Virus record (IMG/VR): IMGVR_UViG_2609460125_000004
Length of the DNA: 15,059 bases
Origin: a virus
Taxonomy: Duplodnaviria > Heunggongvirae > Uroviricota > Caudoviricetes
Strand: one strand, 5' to 3'
Part shown: positions 7,437 to 15,059 of the stretch, one piece after another
Position numbering within the stretch: position 1 is the stretch's first letter
Layout: every line of letters begins with the position of its first letter
The notes under the pieces: generated by a model
What the model was told of the DNA's origin: nothing
The model's input: only the letters and a program-made list of their open reading frames with translations
The model's database searches: none
Program-made: the position numbers and the translations under genes

Positions 7437-8079
7437 TGGCAGCAAATACCGAAATATTTGGGTAGTTGGCGATCTGCACGGATGCTACACGAACCTGATG
7501 AAAAAACTGGAGACGATAGGATTCGACACCAAAAAAGACCTGCTTATCTCGGTTGGCGATTTGGTCGATCGCGGTACAGAGAACGTTGAATGCCTGGAAT
7601 TAATCACATTCCACTGGTTCAGAGCTGTACGTGGAAACCATGAGCAAATGATGATTGATGGCTTATCAGAGCGCGGAAACGTCAATCACTGGCTGCTTAA
7701 TGGCGGTGGCTGGTTCTTTAATCTCGATTACGACAAAGAAATTCTGGCTAAAGCTCTTGCCCATAAAGCAGATGAACTTCCGTTAATCATCGAACTGGTG
7801 AGTAAAGATAAAAAATATGTCATCTGCCACGCCGATTATCCTTGTGACGAATACGAGTTTGGAAAGCCAGTTGATCATCAGCAGGTAATCTGGAACCGCG
7901 AACGAATCAGCAACTCACAAGACGGGATCGTGAAAGAAATCAAAGGCGCGGACACGTTCATCTTTGGTCATACGCCAGCAGTGAAACCACTCAAGTTTGC
8001 CAACCAGATGTATATCGATACCGGCGCAGTGTTCTGCGGAAACCTCACATTGATTCAGGTACAGGGAGAAGGCGCATGA
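7414..8079 (+). CDS. ninI: Ser/Thr protein phosphatase (NinI, lambda PPase)
   Basis: GDLHG, GDLVDRG and GNHE metallophosphatase motifs; [25 protein letters not shown]... matches lambda NinI; 221 aa from ATG 7414 after GGAG. Confidence 0.95.
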
Positions 8080-8699
8080 GACTCGAAAGCGTAGCTAAAT
8101 TTCATTCGCCAAAAAGCCCGATGATGAGCGACTCACCACGGGCTACGGCTTCTGACTCTCTTTCCGGTACTGATGTGATGGCTGCTATGGGGATGGCGCA
8201 ATCACAAGCCGGATTCGGAATGGCTGCATTCTGCGGTAAGCATGAACTCAGCCAGAACGACAAACAAAAGGCTATCAACTATCTGATGCAATTTGCACAC
8301 AAGGTATCGGGGAAATACCGTGGTGTGGCAAAGCTTGAAGGAAATACTAAGGCAAAGGTACTGCAAGTGCTCGCAACATTCGCTTATGCGGATTATTGCC
8401 GTAGTGCCGCGACGCCGGGGGCAAGATGCAGAGATTGCCACGGTACAGGCCGCGCGGTTGATATAGCAAAAACAGAGCAGTGGGGGAGAGTTGTTGAGAA
8501 AGAGTGCGGAAGATGCAAAGGTGTCGGCTATTCAAGGATGCCAGCAAGCGCCGCATATCGCGCTGTAACGATGCTAATCCCAAACCTTACTCAACCCACC
8601 TGGTCACGCACTGTTAAGCCGCTGTATGACGCTCTGGTGGTGCAATGCCACAAGGAAGAGTCAATCGCAGACAATATCTTGAATGCGGTCACACGTTAG
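8076..8699 (+). CDS. Q: Q late-gene antiterminator
   Basis: 207-aa product [31 protein letters not shown]... with a zinc-finger Cys cluster (CRDCHGTG...CGRCKG) matches lambda Q; start overlaps the ninI stop. Confidence 0.93.
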   Translation: MRLESVAKFHSPKSPMMSDSPRATASDSLSGTDVMAAMGMAQSQAGFGMAAFCGKHELSQNDKQKAINYLMQFAHKVSGKYRGVAKLEGNTKAKVLQVLATFAYADYCRSAATPGARCRDCHGTGRAVDIAKTEQWGRVVEKECGRCKGVGYSRMPASAAYRAVTMLIPNLTQPTWSRTVKPLYDALVVQCHKEESIADNILNAVTR

Positions 8700-8741
8700 C
8701 AGCATGATTGCCACGGATGGCAACATATTAACGGCATGATA

Positions 8742-8770
8742 TTGACTTTTTGAATAAAGTTGGGTAAATT
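8742..8770 (+). promoter_or_regulatory. Late promoter PR' (-35 TTGACT 8742-8747, -10 TAAATT 8765-8770) with the overlapping Q-utilisation region
   Basis: 17-bp spacing, immediately downstream of Q; sequence closely matches the lambda PR' region as recalled. Confidence 0.8.
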
Positions 8771-8777
8771 TGACCCA

Positions 8778-8971
8778 ACGATGGGTTAATTCGCTCGTTG
8801 TGGTAGTGAGATAAAAAGAGGCGGCGCTTACTACCGATTCCGCCTAGTTGGTCACTTCGACGTATCGTCTGGAACTCCAACCATCGCAGGCTGAGAGGTC
8901 TGCAAAATGCAATCCCGAAACAGTTCGCAGGTAATAGTTAGAGCCTGCATAACGGTTTCGGGATTTTTTAT
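8778..8971 (+). ncRNA. 6S RNA-like short PR' transcript (about 194 nt) ending at tR'
   Basis: Distance from the predicted start (about 7 nt after the -10) to the end of the tR' U-tract is about 194 nt, the size of lambda 6S RNA. Confidence 0.6.
8912..8971 (+). terminator. tR' intrinsic terminator
   Basis: Long hairpin ATCCCGAAAC...GTTTCGGGAT (8912-8921 paired with 8955-8964) followed by TTTTTTAT. Confidence 0.85.
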
Positions 8972-9367
8972 ATCTGTGCAACAGGTAAGAGCATTCTCCC
9001 TTATGGGGCTTGGCTTAAATGCACCGAGTGCTCTTATCGTTGTGCTGAATTAAGCGAATGCCGGAAGCAGAACCGGATCACCAAATGCGTACAGGCGTCA
9101 TCGCCGCCCAGCAACAGCACAACCTAAACTGAGCCGTAGCCACTGGCTATCCTGAATTCATCAGTGATAGTTACGCTGCGGCCTTCTACACATGACCTTC
9201 GTGAAAGCGGGTGGCAGGAGGTTGCGCTAACAACCTCATGCCGTTTTGCCCGTGCATATCGGTCACGAACAAATCTGATTACTAAACACAGTAGCCTGGA
9301 TTTGTTCTATCAGTAACCGACCTTATTCCTAATTAAATAGAGCAAATCCCCTTATTGGGGGTAAGAC

Positions 9368-9691
9368 ATGAAGATGCCAGAAAAACATGACCTGTTAGCC
9401 GCCATTCTCGCGGCAAAGGAACAAGGCATCGGGGCAATCCTTGCGTTTGCAATGGCGTACCTTCGCGGCAGATATAATGGCGGTGCGTTTACAAAAACAG
9501 TAATCGACGCAACGATGTGCGCCATTATCGCCTGGTTCATTCGTGACCTTCTCGACTTCGCCGGACTAAGTAGCAATCTCGCTTATATAACGAGCGTGTT
9601 CATCGGCTACATCGGTACTGACTCGATTGGTTCGCTTATCAAACGCTTCGCTGCTAAAAAAGCCGGAGTAGAAGATGGTGGAAATCAATAA
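9368..9691 (+). CDS. S: Holin/antiholin S (class I, dual start Met1-Lys2-Met3)
   Basis: [64 protein letters not shown]... matches lambda S; three transmembrane segments; ATGAAGATG dual-start motif present. Confidence 0.95.
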   Translation: MKMPEKHDLLAAILAAKEQGIGAILAFAMAYLRGRYNGGAFTKTVIDATMCAIIAWFIRDLLDFAGLSSNLAYITSVFIGYIGTDSIGSLIKRFAAKKAGVEDGGNQ

Positions 9692-10151
9692 TCAACGTAA
9701 GGCGTTCCTCGATATGCTGGCGTGGTCAGAGGGGACTGATAACGGACGTCAGAAAACCAGAAATCATGGTTATGACGTCATTGTAGGCGGAGAGCTATTC
9801 ACTGATTACTCAGATCACCCTCGCAAACTTGTCACGCTAAACCCCAAACTCAAATCAACAGCTGCAGGCCGTTACCAGCTTCTTTCCCGTTGGTGGGATG
9901 CCTATCGTAAGCAGCTTGGCCTGAAAGATTTCTCTCCGAAAAGCCAGGACGCTGTGGCACTGCAACAGATTAAAGAGCGTGGCGCTTTACCGATGATTGA
10001 TCGCGGTGATATCCGTCAGGCTATCGACCGTTGCAGCAATATCTGGGCTTCACTGCCGGGCGCTGGTTATGGTCAGTTCGAGCATAAGGCTGACAACCTG
10101 ATTGCAAAATTCAAAGAAGCAGGCGGAACGGTCAGAGAGATTGAGGTATGA
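9675..10151 (+). CDS. R: Endolysin R (lytic transglycosylase)
   Basis: [35 protein letters not shown]... matches lambda R, including the catalytic Glu in WSEGTD; 158 aa. Confidence 0.95.
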   Translation: MVEINNQRKAFLDMLAWSEGTDNGRQKTRNHGYDVIVGGELFTDYSDHPRKLVTLNPKLKSTAAGRYQLLSRWWDAYRKQLGLKDFSPKSQDAVALQQIKERGALPMIDRGDIRQAIDRCSNIWASLPGAGYGQFEHKADNLIAKFKEAGGTVREIEV

Positions 10152-10615
10152 GCAGAGTAACCGCGATTATCTCCGCTCTGGTTATCTGCATCATCGTCTG
10201 CCTGTCATGGGCTGTTAATCATTACCGTGATAACGCCATTACCTACAAAGCCCAGCGCGACAAAAATGCCAGAGAACTGAAGCTGGCGAACGCGGCAATT
10301 ACTGACATGCAGATGCGTCAGCGTGATGTTGCTGCGCTCGATGCAAAATACACGAAGGAGTTGGCTAATGCGAAAGCTGAAAATGATGCTCTTCGGCGCA
10401 AGCTTGATAATGGTGGCAGGGTGCTCGTCAAAGGAAAATGCCCTGTGCCATCCTCAGCCGAAACCTCCAGCGCCTCCGGCATGGGCAATGATGCCACCGT
10501 CGAACTCTCTCCAGTTGCTGGACGAAACGTTCTCAGTATCAGATCTGGAATCATCAGCGACCAAACATCACTGAGAACGCTTCAGGAATACATCAACACG
10601 CAGTGCCTGAAATGA
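10148..10615 (+). CDS. Rz: Rz spanin inner-membrane subunit (i-spanin); lambda-like N-terminal half, divergent C-terminal half
   Basis: N-terminal transmembrane segment and coiled-coil region ([72 protein letters not shown]) match lambda Rz; the sequence after about residue 80 does not. Confidence 0.9.
   Translation: MSRVTAIISALVICIIVCLSWAVNHYRDNAITYKAQRDKNARELKLANAAITDMQMRQRDVAALDAKYTKELANAKAENDALRRKLDNGGRVLVKGKCPVPSSAETSSASGMGNDATVELSPVAGRNVLSIRSGIISDQTSLRTLQEYINTQCLK
10368..10574 (+). CDS. Rz1: Rz1 outer-membrane lipoprotein spanin (o-spanin), embedded in the +1 frame of Rz
   Basis: [21 protein letters not shown]... has a signal peptide with lipobox (VAGC) and a proline-rich mature region ([16 protein letters not shown]); AGGAG upstream; fully nested in Rz as in lambda. 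Confidence 0.75.
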   Translation: MRKLKMMLFGASLIMVAGCSSKENALCHPQPKPPAPPAWAMMPPSNSLQLLDETFSVSDLESSATKHH

Positions 10616-10623
10616 ACAATCAT

Positions 10624-10647
10624 AGCCTCGTAATAGCGAGGCTTTTT
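10624..10647 (+). terminator. Intrinsic terminator after Rz
   Basis: Hairpin AGCCTCG-TAATAG-CGAGGCT followed by TTTT. Confidence 0.7.
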
Positions 10648-10665
10648 ACTAACCGAGGGTAAATA

Positions 10666-10854
10666 ATGTCATCTCCAATCATGAAGTATTTCGCTTATCA
10701 ACACCTCCCTGCGCATCTGCAGGAAGTAAGTAAGCCAATCGGTGAACTTGCGACACTGATGGATGAATCACTGCCGGACAGTGCTGAAAAGTCAGCAGGT
10801 CTCCGCAAGCTGCTCGAAGCTAAAGATGCGCTGGTGCGAGCAAAGCTGGGGTAA
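10666..10854 (+). CDS. Hypothetical small protein (62 aa)
   Basis: Good ribosome-binding site (GAGGG, then ATG); helical-looking sequence MSSPIMKYFAYQHLPAHLQEVSKPIGELATLMDESLPDSAEKSAGLRKLLEAKDALVRAKLG; no family recognised. Confidence 0.55.
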   Translation: MSSPIMKYFAYQHLPAHLQEVSKPIGELATLMDESLPDSAEKSAGLRKLLEAKDALVRAKLG

Positions 10855-11149
10855 GTCATTACAAAGCCTATCTACGGGTGGGCTTGATAATGAAACCGGA
10901 ATTTATTCTGGGTAACCAGTTACGGCAGTACCGCGAAACAACCCAAGCCAGAAAGTGGGGAAATAACACTGGCAGCCACTGAAAGATGAACCTCCAGCCT
11001 TATGGCAAAAAAGATTCTTTGTGGTGGCGGACTGATGGAAAGACATCGGTTATTGCAGAGGCCATTCAATGAGTGGTCTCGACAATGGCTTATACCCTAC
11101 ACGGGATATCTTAACTGATATCCCTTTTAACGGATAAACGGAGCCAACA

Positions 11150-11392
11150 ATGGCAGAGATTATTCCCATGACTGAAGAACAGAAATTCAAGTTAGAAATT
11201 TACCGACTGCTATCTAAGAACAATTCAGCGGCAGAGGAAGCTTTTGCATTCATTGGCGCTGACCAGCTGAAACTGGAATTGTTCAAGTTGCACTACAACG
11301 ATGGCGGTGCAAATCCAGACTTCACATCTCGCACTATCGAAGCGGTGCGTAAATCGAAGGAAGCGTTAGACCTGTTCACCACCGGAGCATGA
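11150..11392 (+). CDS. Hypothetical small protein (80 aa)
   Basis: GGAG 8 nt upstream of the ATG; coding-like composition; no family recognised. Confidence 0.55.
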   Translation: MAEIIPMTEEQKFKLEIYRLLSKNNSAAEEAFAFIGADQLKLELFKLHYNDGGANPDFTSRTIEAVRKSKEALDLFTTGA

Positions 11393-11393
11393 T

Positions 11394-11573
11394 GTGAGCC
11401 GCGTAATCAATTTGGGTAAGGAGAAGAGATTCCCAATTACTCAAGAGCTATACGAGCGGCTGGAAAGCGTCATCCATGATTACGATGGTGAAATCAGTTT
11501 ATGCGAGGCGATTGGTACACTCGAATTGCTGAAGCAGTCACTGATTGAAGGCGCGAAAGAGTCCTTAACCTGA
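11394..11573 (+). CDS. Hypothetical small protein (59 aa, GTG start), translationally coupled to the 80-aa ORF; absent from the ORF track
   Basis: GGAG 6 nt upstream of GTG 11394; open frame to TGA 11571-11573; helical-looking product. Confidence 0.35.
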   Translation: MSRVINLGKEKRFPITQELYERLESVIHDYDGEISLCEAIGTLELLKQSLIEGAKESLT

Positions 11574-11596
11574 AATAACGATTAAGTGAGATGAAT

Positions 11597-12085
11597 ATGG
11601 CAGCACCAAAGGGCAACCGATTTTGGGAGGCCCGCAGTAGTCATGGGCGAAATCCTAAATTCGAATCGCCTGAGGCGCTGTGGGCTGCTTGTTGTGAATA
11701 CTTCGAGTGGGCTGATGATAACCCGCTATGGGAGGGTAAGGTATTTTCATATCAGGGAGAAATAATTAAGGCTAATGTCCCTAAGATGCGAGCCATGACT
11801 ATTTCAGGATTGTGTACCTTCCTTGATATCACCAGGCAAACATGGGGAACCTTCCGGTCAATGGAAGGTTTTTCTGACGTCACATCACGAGCGGAAGACA
11901 TCATCTACGACCAGAAATTCTCTGGCGCAGCCGCTGACCTTCTCAACGCTAACATCATCGCCCGTGATTTGGGCCTCAAAGAGCAGTCGCAAGTTGAAGA
12001 CGTGACACCTGATAAGGGAGATCGCGATAAGCGACGCTCTCGTATCAAGGAGCTATTCAACCGTGGAACTGGACGCGATTCTTGA
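11597..12085 (+). CDS. Terminase small subunit (P22 gp3-like)
   Basis: 162-aa product [47 protein letters not shown]... recalled as the P22 gene 3 protein (same length); directly precedes and overlaps the large terminase. Confidence 0.85.
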   Translation: MAAPKGNRFWEARSSHGRNPKFESPEALWAACCEYFEWADDNPLWEGKVFSYQGEIIKANVPKMRAMTISGLCTFLDITRQTWGTFRSMEGFSDVTSRAEDIIYDQKFSGAAADLLNANIIARDLGLKEQSQVEDVTPDKGDRDKRRSRIKELFNRGTGRDS

Positions 12086-13562
12086 TAACCTGAGCGACGA
12101 AGAGCAAATCGAATTGCTCGAGCTACTCGAAGAAGAAGAGAACTACCGGAACACACACCTGCTATATGAATTTACGCCATACAGCAAACAGCGTGAGTTC
12201 ATCGACGCCGGACATGACTATCCAGAGCGATGTTTTATGGCTGGTAACCAGCTTGGTAAGTCATTTACTGGTGCTGCTGAAGTCGCGTTTCACCTTACAG
12301 GGCGTTATCCGGGCACAAAAGGCTATCCTGCTGATGGTAAATATGGCGGTGAGTGGAAAGGTAAGCGTTTCTACGAGCCTGTTGTCTTTTGGATTGGTGG
12401 CGAGACAAACGAGACTGTAACCAAAACGACTCAACGCATCCTGTGCGGTCGTATCGAAGAGAATGGTGAGCCAGGCTATGGTTCCATACCGAAAGAGGAC
12501 ATCATTAGCTGGAAGAAGTCTCCTTTCTTTCCGAACCTTGTTGATCATCTTCTGGTTAAGCATCACACGGCTGATGGCGTTGAAGATGGCATTTCAATCT
12601 GCTACTTCAAACCATACTCGCAAGGCCGTGCACGCTGGCAGGGTGACACAATCCACGGCGTGTGGTTTGAGGAAGAACCACCATACAGCATTTATGGTGA
12701 AGGTCTTACCCGTACCAACAAATACGGGCAATTCTCAATTCTGACGTTTACCCCGCTGATGGGGATGTCTGACGTTGTTACCAAGTTCCTGAAGAACCCC
12801 AGCAAGTCGCAGAAAGTGGTCAACATGACCATCTATGACGCTGAGCACTATACCGACGAGCAGAAAGAGCAAATCATCGCATCCTATCCCGAGCATGAGA
12901 GAGAGGCGCGTGCTCGCGGTATCCCTACGATGGGTAGTGGTCGAATCTTCCAGATACCGGAAGAGACGATTAAGTGTCAGCCGTTCGAATGTCCTGATCA
13001 CTTCTACGTAATTGGCGGGATGGATTTCGGATGGGATCACCCGCAGGCGCAGGTTCAGCTTTGGTGGGATAAGGACGCAGACACAATCTACGTTTCACGC
13101 GTGTGGAAGGCGAAAGAAAAAACAGCTGTTCAGGCATGGGGAGCTGTTAAATCATGGGCGCATAAAGTGCCAACCGCATGGCCTCATGACGGAAACCAGC
13201 ATGAGAAGGGCGGCGGTGAGCAGCTCAAAGGGCAGTATGCAGATGCTGGTTTTATGATGTTGCAGGAGCATGCGACATGGCCTGATGGCGGTAATGCTGT
13301 TGAGCCTGGAATCACTGAATTGCGCGACATGATGCTTGATGGTCGCTTCAAAGTATTCAACACCTGTGAGCCATTCTTTGAGGAGTTCCGCCTCTATCAC
13401 CGTGATGAAAACGGGAAGATCGTCAAGCTTAACGACGACGTTCTCTCAGCCGTTCGCTATGCATACATGATGCGCCGCTTCGCAAAAATGATGCGCGACA
13501 TCAAAAAACCAAAAGAGAAAAAGATACCAGCCCCAATCAGGCCCATCGCACGGAGAACTTAA
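12063..13562 (+). CDS. Terminase large subunit (P22 gp2-like), GTG start
   Basis: 499-aa product [32 protein letters not shown]... with a Walker A-like GNQLGKS ATPase motif and a C-terminal nuclease-type region; length and N-terminus match P22 gp2 as recalled. Confidence 0.93.
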   Translation: MELDAILDNLSDEEQIELLELLEEEENYRNTHLLYEFTPYSKQREFIDAGHDYPERCFMAGNQLGKSFTGAAEVAFHLTGRYPGTKGYPADGKYGGEWKGKRFYEPVVFWIGGETNETVTKTTQRILCGRIEENGEPGYGSIPKEDIISWKKSPFFPNLVDHLLVKHHTADGVEDGISICYFKPYSQGRARWQGDTIHGVWFEEEPPYSIYGEGLTRTNKYGQFSILTFTPLMGMSDVVTKFLKNPSKSQKVVNMTIYDAEHYTDEQKEQIIASYPEHEREARARGIPTMGSGRIFQIPEETIKCQPFECPDHFYVIGGMDFGWDHPQAQVQLWWDKDADTIYVSRVWKAKEKTAVQAWGAVKSWAHKVPTAWPHDGNQHEKGGGEQLKGQYADAGFMMLQEHATWPDGGNAVEPGITELRDMMLDGRFKVFNTCEPFFEEFRLYHRDENGKIVKLNDDVLSAVRYAYMMRRFAKMMRDIKKPKEKKIPAPIRPIARRT

Positions 13563-15059
13563 ATGGCCGACGAAAACAGACTCAATTCCATTCTGTGTAA
13601 GTTTGACGCAGACTGGATGGCGAGCGATGAAGCCAGAACCGAGGCGACAAATGACCTGTATTTTAGCCGAGTGTCGCAATGGGATGACTGGCTATCAAAC
13701 TACACTACCCTGCAATATCGCGGACAATTCGATGTTGTTCGCCCGGTGGTCAGGAAACTGGTCGCAGAGATGCGCCGGAACCCTATCGACGTTCTCTTCC
13801 GACCCAAAGACGGTGCTAATCCTGATGCAGCCGATGTGTTGATGGGGATGTATCGTACTGATATGCGCCATAATACGGCAAAAATTGCCGTTAACGTTGG
13901 CGTTCGTGAGCAGATAGAGTCCGGCGTTGGTGCATGGCGTCTGGTCACGCAGTACGAAGACAACGATCCAACAAGCAACAATCAGGTAATCCGACGCCTG
14001 CCAATTCATGAAGCCTGCTCACACGTCATATGGGACGCCAACAGCAAGCAGATGGATAAGAGCGACGCTAAGCACTGCACGGTGATTAACGCCTTGTCGC
14101 GCAATGGCTGGAAAGAGTTCGCAGAGGATTACGGTATTGATCCGGACACCTTGCCATCTTTCCAGAATCCGAACGATACATGGCTGTTTCCGTGGGTATC
14201 GAATGATGTCGTCTACGTCGCTGAGTATTACGAGGTCGAAGAGAAGAAAGAGAAAGTCTTCATCTACCGCGACCCGCTGACAGGTGAGCCAGTCAGCTAT
14301 TACCAGCAGGATATCAAAGACGTCATCGACGACCTGGCTAATCGTGGATTCATTAAGGCAGCAGAGCGCAAGGTGAAGCGTCGGCGTGTGTATAAGTCGA
14401 TCATCACCTGCACGCAGATACTGAAAGACCGCGAGAAGATAGCCGGAGAGCATATTCCAATCGTTCCAGTGTATGGCGAATGGTCATTCGCTGGTGACAA
14501 GGAGTGCTACGAAGGAGTGGTAAGGCTGACGAAAGACGGTCAACGCCTTCGTAACATGATCATGTCGTTCAACGCCGATATTGTTGCTCGTTCACCGAAG
14601 AAGAAACCAACCTTCTTCCCTGAGCAAATCGAAGGCTACGAATACATGTACGGTGGAAATGATGACTATCCGTACTATCTGCAGAACAGGACCGATGAAA
14701 ACGGTAACGACCTGCCGATTGGTCCAATCTCCTACATGGAAAACCCTGAAGTGCCGCAAGCCAACGCTTACATGCTTGAGGCTGCCACCAACGCAGTGAA
14801 AGAGGTGGCTAGTCTTGGTGTGGATGCGCAGGCAGCAAACTCTCAGGTCGCTTTCGATACCGTCAATCAACTGAACATGCGGGCAGACCTTGAGACATAC
14901 GTGTTTCAGGATAACCTGGCTACCGCAATGCGACGTGATGGCGAGATTTATGCCTCAATGGTCAATGATATTTATGACGTTCCTCGTCATGTAACGCTGA
15001 CACTTGAAGATGGAAGCGAGAAAGACGTTCAACTCTATGCGCAAGTTGTCGATTACCAG
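13563..15059 (+). CDS. Portal protein (P22 gp1-like), 3'-truncated by the window edge; absent from the supplied ORF track
   Basis: I read an unbroken 499-codon frame from ATG 13563 (immediately after the terminase stop) to the last base. [25 protein letters not shown]...[28 protein letters not shown]... closely resembles the P22 portal N-terminal region. Confidence 0.9.
   Translation, partial: MADENRLNSILCKFDADWMASDEARTEATNDLYFSRVSQWDDWLSNYTTLQYRGQFDVVRPVVRKLVAEMRRNPIDVLFRPKDGANPDAADVLMGMYRTDMRHNTAKIAVNVGVREQIESGVGAWRLVTQYEDNDPTSNNQVIRRLPIHEACSHVIWDANSKQMDKSDAKHCTVINALSRNGWKEFAEDYGIDPDTLPSFQNPNDTWLFPWVSNDVVYVAEYYEVEEKKEKVFIYRDPLTGEPVSYYQQDIKDVIDDLANRGFIKAAERKVKRRRVYKSIITCTQILKDREKIAGEHIPIVPVYGEWSFAGDKECYEGVVRLTKDGQRLRNMIMSFNADIVARSPKKKPTFFPEQIEGYEYMYGGNDDYPYYLQNRTDENGNDLPIGPISYMENPEVPQANAYMLEAATNAVKEVASLGVDAQAANSQVAFDTVNQLNMRADLETYVFQDNLATAMRRDGEIYASMVNDIYDVPRHVTLTLEDGSEKDVQLYAQVVDYQ

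Noticed and set aside
8202-8583. Minus-strand ORFs inside Q
   Set aside because: Antisense to the Q gene, which closely matches lambda Q.
9352-9576. Minus-strand 74-aa ORF overlapping the holin
   Set aside because: Antisense to S, which matches lambda holin including the dual-start motif.
10318-10554. Minus-strand 78-aa ORF inside Rz
   Set aside because: Antisense to Rz/Rz1; the nested plus-strand Rz1, with lipobox and ribosome-binding site, explains the second reading frame here.
11823-13679. Alternative-frame and minus-strand ORFs (60-101 aa) inside the terminase genes
   Set aside because: All lie within the small and large terminase frames, which are long, uninterrupted and match P22 gp3 and gp2 lengths.
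13603-14870. Track ORFs on both strands in the last 1.5 kb
   Set aside because: By my reading the true gene is the portal frame from 13563 to the window end, which has no stop and so was not reported; the listed ORFs are out-of-frame or antisense to it.

Overview
This window is a mosaic lambdoid prophage segment running from the immunity region to the start of the head genes, with an IS3-family element at its left edge. All identifications are from reading the translations and DNA motifs and comparing them with phage lambda, 434 and P22 proteins from memory; no database search was run. Left to right: the 3' end of an IS911-like element (1-334); nutL, OL/PL, a small membrane protein and a cI-type repressor on the minus strand; then on the plus strand cro, nutR, cII, a replication initiator split across two frames, a DnaB-family helicase, a lambda-like nin region (ninB, a Dam-like methyltransferase, ninD, a 138-aa protein, ninF, ninG, ninH, ninI phosphatase), Q, PR'/6S RNA/tR', the S-R-Rz/Rz1 lysis cassette, a small accessory interval, and P22-like small terminase, large terminase and portal. 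The portal ORF (13563-15059) has no stop in the window and is missing from the supplied ORF track. The best candidate for an undescribed function is the three-helix membrane protein co-transcribed with cI at the position lambda uses for rexAB. No CRISPR array, tRNA or rRNA was seen.
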